DNA of 64,000 nucleotides from Candidatus Oxydemutatoraceae bacterium (GTDB lineage Bacteria; Pseudomonadota; Gammaproteobacteria; Poriferisulfidales; Oxydemutatoraceae): NCBI GenBank assembly GCA_965220085.1, contig CBDCOZ010000003.1, positions 782,979 to 846,978 of the forward strand, read 5' to 3'. Shown piece by piece: positions 53,099 to 64,000 of this stretch (position 1 is its first letter; each line of letters starts with the position of its first letter). The notes under the pieces were generated by a model. It saw only the letters and a program-made list of their open reading frames with translations, ran no database searches and was not told where the DNA came from. The position numbers and the translations under genes were made by a program.

Positions 53099-54457
53099 AT
53101 GATTATGAACATCACGGCATTTTTCTCAAATCCCGCCACCAGCGGCCAGCGGTTGCACAGGTGCGGCCTCTGGCCGCTGGCCCTGCTTGCCATCTGCATC
53201 CAGGCCCAGGCGCAACCGCACGGCAGCGCAGGCCCGTCTGCCCCGGTTATTCAGGCCAAGCCAGTGCCTGCAGGTCTGGAGTCTGTGCGCGGGGCGGGCC
53301 CGTTTGCCCCGGTTATTCAGGTCAAGCCAGTGGCACCCACCTCCCCCGTCGTGATAGACGTATACACCAACGCCACCGCAGACAATCCCTACAGATTCAA
53401 GGTTACCGATTTCGTATTTAGCGATACGGACGGCGATGCGTTGGAAAAGGTGGTCATATCAACCGCGCCCCCACTCGGCACATTGAGGGTGGGTAACCGA
53501 GTCATCCCCTTTTCCCAATCCTCGGCAGCCAATGAAGATGTGGCGCGGGCCAACATCGGTACCATAACCTGGTACCCGGAACCGGGCCAGGCTGCACAGA
53601 CCAACTACACCACCTTTTTGTACACTGTGTTTGCTGGCGGAGAGGAATCCTCTAATTCAGGTAACATCCGCTTCGATCTGGTGGAACGACCGCAGACCGC
53701 CGCCTCAGGCGCACCCACAGTGGCCGCAACGGGCAGCGGCACAGCCTACAACGAGGATGTACAACTGACCGCCAGCACCACAGGCATAACCGAACCCAAC
53801 GGCATAAACGCCAGCACCCTGCAATGGCGATGGTACCGGGCCCCGGCCCCGGCCACTGGCGACCCGGCGGCGGCCGACTATGCCGCCATATCCGGGGCCA
53901 CCGCCGCCACTTTCACCCCACTGCAGGCCCATGTGGGAATGTACATCAGAGTCTGCGCATTCTTTACGGACAGCCACAGCACCCCGGCATCTGAGGGCGG
54001 CACCGCATCCGCCCCCACTCTGTGCTCCACCGGCACCATCATCGCCGATGTCAATCATGCGCCCGCCAGTGCCGATGCCTCTGTGAATGCGCCCGTAGGT
54101 GCCACTGCGGCTGCGCCATTCTCTTTCTCTGCGGACAGCTTTGCCTTTGAGGACGAGGATCAGGGGGACAGCCTGGCCAGCATCACCATAACCACCATCC
54201 CGGCCCTGGGCGCATTGCGCACCGGCACCGGGGCCTCGGCCACCACCCTGGCCAATGGTGCCACGGTAATGGCCAGTGCCATATCCACCCTCAACTGGCA
54301 TCCCCCGGCCAATGCCACCGCCGCCAGCAACTACACCAACTTCCAATTCACCGTAAGCGATGGCACCGCATCCAGCTCCGGCAATACCATGACCATAAAC
54401 CTGGTGGAGCATCTGCGCCTGCGGTTGCGTCTTTTCCTTGAGGGCCCGTTGCGGTAG
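53099..54457 (+). CDS. family member D (signal peptide, cadherin-like repeats, ends HLRLRLRLFLEGPLR); no poly-C
   Basis: 452 aa; LQWRWY variant of the SWQWQ repeat; conserved tail with synonymous codon differences. Confidence 0.8.
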   Translation: MIMNITAFFSNPATSGQRLHRCGLWPLALLAICIQAQAQPHGSAGPSAPVIQAKPVPAGLESVRGAGPFAPVIQVKPVAPTSPVVIDVYTNATADNPYRFKVTDFVFSDTDGDALEKVVISTAPPLGTLRVGNRVIPFSQSSAANEDVARANIGTITWYPEPGQAAQTNYTTFLYTVFAGGEESSNSGNIRFDLVERPQTAASGAPTVAATGSGTAYNEDVQLTASTTGITEPNGINASTLQWRWYRAPAPATGDPAAADYAAISGATAATFTPLQAHVGMYIRVCAFFTDSHSTPASEGGTASAPTLCSTGTIIADVNHAPASADASVNAPVGATAAAPFSFSADSFAFEDEDQGDSLASITITTIPALGALRTGTGASATTLANGATVMASAISTLNWHPPANATAASNYTNFQFTVSDGTASSSGNTMTINLVEHLRLRLRLFLEGPLR

Positions 54458-54784
54458 CGCGAGTAACCTGCGGCAGAAGGGGAGTGTCGTGAGATGCAAG
54501 GGGGTGAGGCAGACACAGGCGTTGAATGATGCCAGAAAATGAATGCATTCTGAATGCATTCAATGAGCGCTTATCGCCTCTTCAGGAAGCGTTTGTGGAA
54601 TTTGAAGCGGGTGTGTTGATGACGACCTGCGGACATTCAATGATTGTCGGATAGACCATCCGGTATGGTTCCACGTCCCCGCGAAGGTTACGCTAGCGCA
54701 GTTTCAAGCGCCGTGACACAGCGCGGCATTTGCCCCGTGTGTCCGATATGTCATGGCTTCAGCGCCTTGACCCGGCGGTTGCGC

Positions 54785-54811
54785 TTGCAAAACATTTCGG
54801 ATATGTATAAT
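54785..54811 (+). promoter_or_regulatory. putative sigma70 promoter TTGCAA-15-TATAAT upstream of the tlpA-like gene
   Basis: direct reading; the conserved 30-bp element lies 27 bp upstream. Confidence 0.4.
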
Positions 54812-54818
54812 TGGCAGG

Positions 54819-55394
54819 ATGGCAAAGAGATATTCAAAAGTTTCCTACAAACGGGTGTTGGCACTGCTGGCGCTGTCCTTGCCGCTGTTGTATTTTGCCG
54901 CAGTGTCGGGGCGCATATCGTTGCCGGAGACCCCGTTCAGGGCGCCCGAGTTTACGCATAAGCAACCGGCGGAGTGGATCAATTCGGCGCCATTGACGGT
55001 TGCCGATCTGCGCGGCAGCGTCGTGTTGCTTGATTTCTGGACCTACGAATGCTGGAACTGCTACCGCTCGTTCCCTTGGTTGCGCGCGGTTGAGGAGCGC
55101 TATCAAAGCCGGGGGTTGCAAGTGATCGGGGTGCACACGCCCGAATTTGATCGCGAACGGATTCTGGAAAATGTGGCGGCGAAGGTCAAAGAGTTCAAAC
55201 TCAAGCATCCGGTCATGATCGATAATGACTTTTCTTACTGGCGCGCGATGAACAACCGCTACTGGCCGGCATTCTATATCATAGACAAGCAAGGCTTGGT
55301 GCGCGGTGTGTTTGTCGGCGAAACGCACGCCGGCGATAGGCGCGCCAAAAAGATAGAAGCCTTGCTTGAGAAACTCTTGGCCGAAGCCGCTTAA
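54819..55394 (+). CDS. thioredoxin-fold thiol:disulfide oxidoreductase (TlpA/ResA-like, CWNC active site)
   Basis: LLDFWTYECWNCYRSFPWL redoxin motif; N-terminal membrane anchor. Confidence 0.8.
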   Translation: MAKRYSKVSYKRVLALLALSLPLLYFAAVSGRISLPETPFRAPEFTHKQPAEWINSAPLTVADLRGSVVLLDFWTYECWNCYRSFPWLRAVEERYQSRGLQVIGVHTPEFDRERILENVAAKVKEFKLKHPVMIDNDFSYWRAMNNRYWPAFYIIDKQGLVRGVFVGETHAGDRRAKKIEALLEKLLAEAA

Positions 55395-55875
55395 CCGTTC
55401 GCTCAGCCGTCGGTTGCGGCAAAGCCGCATATCCGCCCGTCTTTGATCAGAACCGGCAGATCGTTGTCCAGCGTGTCAAATTGCTCCGCAAGTTGTTCCA
55501 GCGTTGCGCCTCCGGCGATAGGCGCGCCAAAAAGATAGAAGCCTTGCTTGAGAAACTCTTGGCCGAAGCCGCTTAACCGTTCGCTCAGCCGTCGGTTGCG
55601 GCAAAGCCGCATATCCGCCCGTCTTTGATCAGAACCGGCAGACCGTTGTCCAGCGTGTCAAATTGCTCCGCAAGTTGTTCCAGCGTTGCGCCTCCGGCGA
55701 TAGGCGCGCCAAAAAGATAGAAGCCTTGCTTGAGAAACTCTTGGCCGAAGCCGCTTAACCGTTCGCTCAGCCGTCGGTTGCGGTAAAACCGCATATCCGC
55801 CCGTCTTTGATCAGAACCGGCAGATCGTTGTCCAGCGTGTCAAATTGTTCCGCAAGTTGTTCCAGCGTTGCGCCC
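55331..55875. repeat. 182 bp tandem repeat x3 covering the convergent 3' ends (both stop codons) of the tlpA-like and DUF2063 genes
   Basis: copies begin at 55331, 55514 and 55696 with a few point differences; they create the chimeric ORFs 55403-55612 and 55585-55794. Confidence 0.85.
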
Positions 55876-56540
55876 TTGTCAATTGCTTGTAACAAGTCAA
55901 AGTGTGATGGATCGATGGGCTCTGCCGTCGGCTTGTTGTTGCGGCGACAGATGCAGAGATATTCGTTGGTCGGGCGAGCGCCGACTTCCGCCGCAGCGCT
56001 CTGCTCTTTGTTCGCCCGCCAAATCTCAAACAAAGGGTAAGCCGACGTCAACAACCGCAGCGCGGCGGGCAACAGAAATCGTATTTCTTTGTCGCTTTGT
56101 CGCGCGGTCGCCTGCGCAAACGCATCGAAGTCAAAGGGCGCATCATCAGCCGCGTAATACGCCGCGTGTAAGTGGGATTCCAGTCGCGCGAGATCGGGCA
56201 GGTAGGGAAAGTCCGCCAGCTCATCGCGGGTCGCAAGCAATTCGGCAAAGAAGCCGGGCAAGCGTTCGCCATAGCGGTTCAGGTCGCTGTGCTCGGACGG
56301 ATACCGCTCGATATATGCTTGCGCGACTTGCGCAAAATAGTCCTCGCCCAGGATCCGGCGGCATATCGGGTAAACCTGCCGCAGCGCGGCGGACAGAGAG
56401 AACCGCATGTTACCGAGATGAACCGCGATGCGCTTGTTTGCTGTCATGGCGCGGCTGTCGCAAATCGTTGCGAGCAGTTTTTGCTGGTCGTGTCCCAGCA
56501 ACGAGCCGACGAAGGCTTTTTGCAAATCGCGCAGTTTCAT
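55767..56540 (-). CDS. DUF2063 protein (BufC-like putative DNA-binding partner of DUF692)
   Basis: 257 aa; gene fusion/overlap with the upstream DUF692 gene; characteristic pairing. Confidence 0.7.
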   Translation of the reverse strand: MKLRDLQKAFVGSLLGHDQQKLLATICDSRAMTANKRIAVHLGNMRFSLSAALRQVYPICRRILGEDYFAQVAQAYIERYPSEHSDLNRYGERLPGFFAELLATRDELADFPYLPDLARLESHLHAAYYAADDAPFDFDAFAQATARQSDKEIRFLLPAALRLLTSAYPLFEIWRANKEQSAAAEVGARPTNEYLCICRRNNKPTAEPIDPSHFDLLQAIDKGATLEQLAEQFDTLDNDLPVLIKDGRICGFTATDG

Positions 56541-57433
56541 TGCGGCGAAGGGGCGCTGTCTAGGATGTGTCGCGCTTGTTCGGCCTGTTCAAGCAGCGTT
56601 TCAAGCGGCGGCAGGTCGTTGTCCCACTCTATCAATGTCGGTATCCGCGGGTTGTCACGAGCAAACTTGGCAAACAATTCCCAGACCGGTTCCGAAACCG
56701 GATGGTCGTGGGCGTCCAGCAGGAATTCTTTTCTGGTCTGATAGCCGCCCAAGTGCAACTGCTTGATGCGTTGCGCGGGAATATTGGCAATAAAATCTTC
56801 GGCGTTCTCGCCGTGGTTGGCCTGATTCACATACGCATTGTTCAGGTCAAGCAGGATAAAACAATCCGCCTCTTCGGCGACGGCGGCGACGAATTCCGCT
56901 TCGCTCATCGTCGAGTGACGGTAGCGCAGATACGCGGAGATATTCTCGATCAGAATCGGCCGCTCGAGGAAGTCTTGAATCTGCCGGATGCGCGTTGCGG
57001 TATGCCGCGCCGCTTCGTCGGTAAAAGGCAACGGCAGGAGGTCGTGCGATTGGATGCCGTCACAACCGGTGAAGCACAAATGGTCGGAAACCCATTCGGG
57101 GCGGTAGCGCTCGGCCAGTCGTTTGATGTGCGAGAGGTAGGCCGTATCCAGCGGGTCGGTCGACCCCACGGCCATCCCGACGCTGTGCAGTGCGATGGGG
57201 TAGTGTTCCCTGACGGCTTCCAGTTGATGGTGAACCGCTCCGCCGTCACAAAAATAGTTATCGGCGAGCGCTTCCAGCCAGTCGATCCGCGCTTCGCCAG
57301 AAGCGAGCGCGTCCGCAAACGGCGCGCGCAAGCCGATACCGACTCCGCCGATAGGGTTTGTGTTATACGAGGCAGGAACAGCAGGGCGCAAGTGTTTGCG
57401 TCCTGCTGTCACAGATTGGCTTTGGGTTGGCAA
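56537..57433 (-). CDS. DUF692 / MNIO (multinuclear non-heme iron oxidase, MbnB/BufB-like) protein
   Basis: TIM-barrel DUF692 (UPF0276) motifs; sits between the DUF2282 precursor and the DUF2063 gene. Confidence 0.75.
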   Translation of the reverse strand: MPTQSQSVTAGRKHLRPAVPASYNTNPIGGVGIGLRAPFADALASGEARIDWLEALADNYFCDGGAVHHQLEAVREHYPIALHSVGMAVGSTDPLDTAYLSHIKRLAERYRPEWVSDHLCFTGCDGIQSHDLLPLPFTDEAARHTATRIRQIQDFLERPILIENISAYLRYRHSTMSEAEFVAAVAEEADCFILLDLNNAYVNQANHGENAEDFIANIPAQRIKQLHLGGYQTRKEFLLDAHDHPVSEPVWELFAKFARDNPRIPTLIEWDNDLPPLETLLEQAEQARHILDSAPSPQ

Positions 57434-57718
57434 TTATTTTGCCGCTTTGGTGCCGACAACCATACCGCCTGTTATTTTCGTACACGTTCCTCCCGGCACG
57501 AAAATCCATTCGGTCTTCATGTTGTCCGCCGCCGCTTGACCGCCGCAGCCGTGTTTGCCGTCGGTAGAACCGCAATCATTCATGCCTTTTTTTGAGATAC
57601 CGGCGCACTTTTCCCATTCTTTGGGTTGCTCCGGCACCGCGGCGTGAGCCGAGGCAATCAATGCGCCTGTGGCTATGATACCGACGATGGTCGATTTGAT
57701 TAGAGTAGGTTTTTTCAT
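57434..57718 (-). CDS. DUF2282 bufferin-like RiPP precursor (signal peptide plus 4-Cys core)
   Basis: [26 protein letters not shown] signal peptide; EKCAG..NDCG..HGCGG..GTC. Confidence 0.7.
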   Translation of the reverse strand: MKKPTLIKSTIVGIIATGALIASAHAAVPEQPKEWEKCAGISKKGMNDCGSTDGKHGCGGQAAADNMKTEWIFVPGGTCTKITGGMVVGTKAAK

Positions 57719-57736
57719 ATGTTTTTCTCCTATTAG

Positions 57737-58573
57737 TTGAGTATATGCAAAGAGTATATTACCCGAAACGGGGGTTTCTGTATAATACGGCTCTCGGGCA
57801 GCGCAACAAAAGGATATACATTGAAAGAATCTTTTATCTCACAAGGCAATTGCCACATTCTGTATGATGGCGACGAAGCCTTTGATCCGTCATGGTTTAG
57901 TCGGGACACGCTGGAGCAAAAAGCGATGTTAAGCGGCGAAGCCCCGGCGGGTCGCGCGTCCGCATTGTTTTTTCAAGCGGACGGAACGGAGTATTTGCTC
58001 AAGGCGTATCACCGCGGCGGCTTGTGCGGAAAGTTTGTCAAGCAGTCGTATCTCTATGCCGGCACAGCGCGCACGCGCGCGTTTGCCGAGTGGCGCGCGC
58101 TCGCATACCTGCGCGGCAAAGGCTTGCCGGCGCCGCGACCGCTTGCCGCCGCTTGCTACCGCCGCGGCGCTTTCTATAGCGCGCACCTGATTACCCAAAG
58201 CTGCCGTCCGGCGATGCCGCTATCGCAATACCTTGCGGGTAACCCCGTGTCCGACGACGGTTGGGCGGAACTGGGAAAAGTGTTGCATCATTTGCACCTT
58301 GCCGGTGTTCTGCACCCCGACCTCAATGCCCACAACATCTTGTACGACAAGAAGAAAAAGCGATTCTGGCTGATCGATTTTGACCGCAGCAAGATCAAGT
58401 CGGTGGATTTGACCTACTACGCCCAGCATGTGAATCTGGCCCGCCTACGCCGTTCGCTGGAGAAACTCGCCGCCCAAGCGCCGTCTTTCCATTACACGGC
58501 GAGTTGTTTTGATCGCCTGAGCGAAGGCTACGCCAGCATCACCGACGAAGCCGATACATTACTGCTTGCATAA
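57737..58573 (+). CDS. kdkA: 3-deoxy-D-manno-octulosonic acid kinase (true start probably TTG near 57818)
   Basis: Kdo kinase motifs [16 protein letters not shown]; convergent with waaA. Confidence 0.8.
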   Translation: MSICKEYITRNGGFCIIRLSGSATKGYTLKESFISQGNCHILYDGDEAFDPSWFSRDTLEQKAMLSGEAPAGRASALFFQADGTEYLLKAYHRGGLCGKFVKQSYLYAGTARTRAFAEWRALAYLRGKGLPAPRPLAAACYRRGAFYSAHLITQSCRPAMPLSQYLAGNPVSDDGWAELGKVLHHLHLAGVLHPDLNAHNILYDKKKKRFWLIDFDRSKIKSVDLTYYAQHVNLARLRRSLEKLAAQAPSFHYTASCFDRLSEGYASITDEADTLLLA

Positions 58574-59338
58574 AGCGTCGATTCGCTCCGCATAGCGGGC
58601 GGCGATATCCGATTGTTGTGCGACGTGTGCCAGCGCATTGGCCGCCGCTTCTGCGCAGGCTGCTTCGATCGCCTGAGCGAAGGCTACGCCAGCATCACCG
58701 ACGAAGCCGATACATTACTGCTTGCATAAAGCGTCGATTCGCTCCGCATAGCGGGCGGCGATATTCGATTGTTGTGCGACATGTGCCAGCGCATTGGCCG
58801 CCGCTTCTGCGCAGCTTGCTTTGATTGCCTGAGCGAAGGCTATGCCAGCATCACCGCCGAAGCCGATACATTACTGCTTGCATAAAGCGTCGATTCGCTC
58901 CGCATAGCGGGCGGCGATATCCGATTGTTGTGCGACATGTGCCAGCGCATTGGCCGCCGCTTCTGCGCAGGCTGCTTCGATCGCCTGAGCGAAGGCTACG
59001 CCAGCATCACCGACGAAGCCGATACATTACTGCTTGCATAAAGCGTCGATTCGCTCCGCATAGCGGGCGGCGATATTCGATTGTTGTGCGACATGTGCCA
59101 GCGCATTGGCCGCCGCTTCTGCGCAGCTTGCTTTGATTGCCTGAGCGAAGGCTATGCCAGCATCACCGCCGAAGCCGATACATTACTGCTTGCATAAAGC
59201 GTCGATTCGCTCCGCATAGCGGGCGGCGATATTCGATTGTTGTGCGACATGTGCCAGCGCATTGGCCGCCGCTTCTGCGCAGGCTGCTTCGATCGCCTGA
59301 GCGAAGGCTACGCCAGCATCACCGACGAAGCCGATACA
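58558..59338. repeat. 156 bp tandem repeat x5 (two alternating variants, so 312 bp higher-order period) covering the convergent 3' ends of kdkA and waaA
   Basis: CTGCTTGCATAAAGCGTCGATTCGCTCCGCATAGC recurs at 58558, 58714, 58870, 59026, 59182 and 59338; it creates ORFs 58618-59496. Confidence 0.85.
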
Positions 59339-60571
59339 TTACTGCTTGCATAAAGCGTCGATTCGCTCCGCATAGCGGGCGGCGATATCCGATTGTTGTG
59401 CGACATGTGCCAGCGCATTGGCCGCCGCTTCTGCATAGGCCGTTTCAACTTTTGCCGCTGTCGCAAAGACGGCGGAGAGTTCATCGGCATCGTTGACGAT
59501 CAGCAATGCATCTTTCTCCGCGAGGTCTCGCGCTTCTTCTTGCACATTATCCAGATGCGGCCCGGTGACTTGCGGTGCGCCCAGCCGCGCCGCTTCCAAC
59601 AAATTATGCCCGCCTTTGCCGACCAGCGAGCCGCCGAGAAATACCAGCCGCGCATGTTTCATCAGGGCATCCAACTGCCCGATGGAATCATACAGGCAGA
59701 CATCAACATCTTGGGTCTGCCCGCCCGCCTGACTGTGCAATGCGACGCGCAAGCCCGCGCGCCGCAACGTGCGCGCAATTTTTGCGCTGCGCTCGATATG
59801 GCGCGGGGCGATGACGAGCAACAAGCCGTTTGTCGAAGCGCGCCGCCATGCTTGCGCCGCCAGCGACTCTTCGTTGTCGTGGGTCGAGGCGGCGAGGCAA
59901 TACGGCCTCCCGATTAAATTGGGCAAGGCCTTTGACAACACGGGCGGGGCGTATTTCAGGTTGCCGACCGTTTCCGCTTTTTCTGTTGCGCACAAAGAGG
60001 CGTATGCGGCCCGGTCGCGTTCGTTGCGCGCCAAGATCGCGGTGACGTCCCGCAGGCTGCGCCGCAGGTAGCCGCGTATCAGGCGGCGGCAGCGCAGCGT
60101 TTTTTGTGACAGGCGCGCATTGACGATCAGCAAAGGGATATGGCGCGCGCCGCACTCGCGGTATAAGTTGAGCCAGATCTCGGTCTCAATGATCAACGCG
60201 CAACGCGGGCGCACTCGGTCAAGAAATTTTTTGCACAGGGACGGGTAGTCAAGAGGCAGGTAACAGTGGCTTGTGTTGGGCGGCGCTTCCTGTTCGTATA
60301 GCCGCCCCGAAGCGGCCGTCGCGGTGGTGAAAAGGATATGCTGTTGCGGGTGTTTTTTATGCCATGCGCGCGCCAGCGCCAAGCCCATCCGCAGTTCGCC
60401 GACGGAGGCGCAATGTATCAAAACGGGCGCTGCGGGCGGTGTCGGCAAGCGCCTGCCGAAGCGTTGCGGGAAATGACGGGAGCAGCGGTGTTTTACGCTG
60501 TGCGCGGCGGTAATCAGAAGGGCGACGGGCGCTGCGAGCCAAAGCAGCGCGCGGTATGCCGGGACGATCAT
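59339..60571 (-). CDS. waaA: 3-deoxy-D-manno-octulosonic acid transferase
   Basis: glycosyltransferase family 30; start taken at MIVPAYRALLWL to avoid overlap with tolC. Confidence 0.85.
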   Translation of the reverse strand: MIVPAYRALLWLAAPVALLITAAHSVKHRCSRHFPQRFGRRLPTPPAAPVLIHCASVGELRMGLALARAWHKKHPQQHILFTTATAASGRLYEQEAPPNTSHCYLPLDYPSLCKKFLDRVRPRCALIIETEIWLNLYRECGARHIPLLIVNARLSQKTLRCRRLIRGYLRRSLRDVTAILARNERDRAAYASLCATEKAETVGNLKYAPPVLSKALPNLIGRPYCLAASTHDNEESLAAQAWRRASTNGLLLVIAPRHIERSAKIARTLRRAGLRVALHSQAGGQTQDVDVCLYDSIGQLDALMKHARLVFLGGSLVGKGGHNLLEAARLGAPQVTGPHLDNVQEEARDLAEKDALLIVNDADELSAVFATAAKVETAYAEAAANALAHVAQQSDIAARYAERIDALCKQ

Positions 60572-60593
60572 GTTCTGCCGGGCGCCGGGCGCG

Positions 60594-61976
60594 CTACCTG
60601 AGCCATTCGTTGATACGTTGGATATCGGTTTCCGCAAGTTGGCCGGAAGCGCGTTTCATACGCAAGGTATCCAGTATGTATTCGTGGCGCGTATCGGCAT
60701 AGTTGTTTTTCGCTTCAAAGAGTTCCTCGATCGCAAGCAGCACATCCACCGACGAGCGCTTGCCGACCTCAAATCCGGCCACATTGGACTCGTAAGATAC
60801 CTGCGCCGCTTCCTGTGCTCTGGCGAACGCGGCGATGCGGCTGATGTCGGTTATCACGTTGAGGTAGGTTTCCCGCATGTTTTGCTCGGTCTCTCGGTGC
60901 GTCTGCTCCAACTCTTCCAATGCCGAGTTGTAGTCGTGCACCGCTTGCCTGGAACGATAGTATGTGTCGCCGCCGGAAAATATCGGCACCTCAAGTTCCA
61001 CCCCGATTTCATTGCCTCTTGAGGTGTTGGGCGAAGGCCCGCCTTTGACATCTCTCTCGCTATGCGTGGCGTAGAGGCCTATGCTCGGAAAATACCCCGA
61101 CTGCTGTTGTTTGATCTCATCGGCGGCGATGGCCGCAGTAATTTTTTGCGCCAGCAAGGCGAGGTTTTTCTCCAGCGCGACAGAGACCCACGATTCGGGA
61201 TTTTCCGGCGACGGTTTGAGTGTCGGTATCTGTTCTGCCAACGGCGCGATGCTTGTGATATCACGCTTGACGATCAACTCCAGCGCCAGTTTCCTGATGC
61301 GCAAAGTGTTTTCGGCCGCCAGCGCATCGGCGACCGCCAACTCATAAGCGGTTTGGGCTTTTTTGCTATCGGTAATATCGCCGAGCCCCAGCCGCAACCG
61401 CTGTTGCGCATGGTCAAACTGTCTTTTCACCGTGTCCTTTCGGGCATCGGCAAACTCTCTGTTCGTTTGCGCCGACAACACTCCGAAGTACGCTTCCGCC
61501 AACCTGATCATCAGCTCTTGTCGCGCCGCCTCCAGTTCCAGCAAGGCGCGTTCCGCTTCGGACTTTGATTGGTTCAGCTCAATGTAGTAGTCGCGTCTGA
61601 ACAGCGTTTGCGTGACGCTGATCGCATGGCTTTCCACGTTGTAATCGGAGAAATCGGTCTCTCCGGCATTGCCGGATCGGAATATGTTGCCGCGTATTTT
61701 CTGGTCGGTTAAGCGCCGACGGTCGGCTGTCAGTTTGATTTGCGGCAACAGTCTGGAGCGGCTGATCTCCGGTCGCAGGGCGGCCGCTTCGTATCGCTCT
61801 TTGCTTGCGCGGAAGCGGTTATCGTTTTCCAAAGCGAGCGCATAGAGTTGGTGCAGGTTCGCCGCCCCGAGCGCCGCGGTCTGTGCCCGGCTCGCGCCGT
61901 ATGGCAGCAGGCACAGTATCAATACGCCAACGCCGACATAGCGGCGGCACAGCGTTCGCTCGCGCCGCTCAGACAT
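60594..61976 (-). CDS. tolC: TolC-family outer membrane efflux channel
   Basis: signal peptide; duplicated OEP repeats; start at MSERRE.. chosen. Confidence 0.8.
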   Translation of the reverse strand: MSERRERTLCRRYVGVGVLILCLLPYGASRAQTAALGAANLHQLYALALENDNRFRASKERYEAAALRPEISRSRLLPQIKLTADRRRLTDQKIRGNIFRSGNAGETDFSDYNVESHAISVTQTLFRRDYYIELNQSKSEAERALLELEAARQELMIRLAEAYFGVLSAQTNREFADARKDTVKRQFDHAQQRLRLGLGDITDSKKAQTAYELAVADALAAENTLRIRKLALELIVKRDITSIAPLAEQIPTLKPSPENPESWVSVALEKNLALLAQKITAAIAADEIKQQQSGYFPSIGLYATHSERDVKGGPSPNTSRGNEIGVELEVPIFSGGDTYYRSRQAVHDYNSALEELEQTHRETEQNMRETYLNVITDISRIAAFARAQEAAQVSYESNVAGFEVGKRSSVDVLLAIEELFEAKNNYADTRHEYILDTLRMKRASGQLAETDIQRINEWLR

Positions 61977-62307
61977 AGCAGGGCACGCTGGCATCTGTTT
62001 CTTTGCTCCAGGCATCGATGCCGCCGGCAAGGTTGATGACATCGCGGAAACCGTTTTGCTCCAAAAGCAACCCGGCGGTCCGGCTGCGTATGCCGTGATG
62101 GCAGATGACTGCGGTCGTCTCATGCGGGTTGAGCTCGTTGAGCCGGTGCGGCAATTGTCCGAGCGGAATCAATTTTGCATCTTTGATGTGCGCAATGTCA
62201 AACTCCCATTGCTCCCTGACATCAAGCAACACAAGACGATTGTCGCCGGCTTCGATCTTTTCTTTCAGTTCGGATGGTGTAAAATTCCGCATAACTAGGC
62301 GCATCAA
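61969..62307 (-). CDS. single-domain rhodanese (GlpE-like sulfurtransferase)
   Basis: active-site loop ICHHGIRS. Confidence 0.8.
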   Translation of the reverse strand: MMRLVMRNFTPSELKEKIEAGDNRLVLLDVREQWEFDIAHIKDAKLIPLGQLPHRLNELNPHETTAVICHHGIRSRTAGLLLEQNGFRDVINLAGGIDAWSKETDASVPCYV

Positions 62308-62326
62308 GGTGAAGCAGGTATTATAG

Positions 62327-64000
<1,674 letters not shown>

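Noticed and set aside
55403-55794. Two 69-aa ORFs (MR(L/F)CRNRRLSERLSGFGQEFLKQGFYLFGAPIAGGATLEQLAEQFDTLDN..)
   Set aside because: Read-through artefacts of the 182-bp tandem repeat. Each fuses the reverse complement of the tlpA-like 3' end to the DUF2063 C-terminal codons. Unlikely to be independent genes.
58558-59338. Possible CRISPR array (regular direct repeats), also considered at 55331-55875 and 19719-19950
   Set aside because: Units are contiguous tandem copies of a single long sequence (156, 182 or 56 bp) with no unique spacers of constant length. Their content is the 3' ends of the flanking genes. No cas genes are nearby.
58618-59496. Three ORFs of 68-119 aa with repeated [32 protein letters not shown].. 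sequence
   Set aside because: They arise from the 156-bp tandem repeat, are highly basic and low in complexity, and lie in the convergent 3' junction of kdkA/waaA.

Overview
High-GC proteobacterial chromosome, probably a gammaproteobacterium: gene order is Pseudomonas-like (hisC-tyrA-aroA-cmk-rpsA-ihfB; rluD-yfiH-clpB; yjeF-tsaE-amiB; zapD-coaE-pilD-pilC-pilA). Most of the window is core housekeeping: infB-rbfA-truB, the aromatic/histidine cluster, rpsA, galU, dxs-ispA-xseB, tyrS, nadE, bamD, clpB, type IV pilus genes, kdkA-waaA and thiC.

Three accessory loci (about 3.4-6.2 kb, 14.9-20.0 kb and 50.8-54.5 kb) carry eight paralogs of a secreted repeat protein with cadherin-like domains. These paralogs share:
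- a conserved ~300-400 bp leader with a sigma70 promoter and palindromes;
- a short ATG-led mini-ORF that runs into a 20-27 bp homopolymeric poly-C tract just before the signal peptide;
- an invariant C-terminal peptide, (H/E)(L/I)RLRLRLFLEGPLR, conserved despite synonymous codon changes.

The poly-C tract is in frame at one locus and out of frame at the other two. One locus is a tandem array of five translationally coupled paralogs followed by four 56-bp repeats that copy the gene terminus. The family looks like an undescribed slipped-strand phase-variation, and possibly cassette-shuffling, surface-protein system.

Separately, the window holds a bufferin-type RiPP operon (DUF2282 precursor, DUF692/MNIO, DUF2063). 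It also has unusual tandem amplifications (182 bp x3, 156 bp x5) that sit exactly on convergent gene 3' junctions, and an array of REP-like terminator hairpins.

No tRNA, rRNA, transposase or CRISPR array was recognised. The feature list omits the short antisense/overlapping track ORFs; most are rejected explicitly under noticed_but_rejected.
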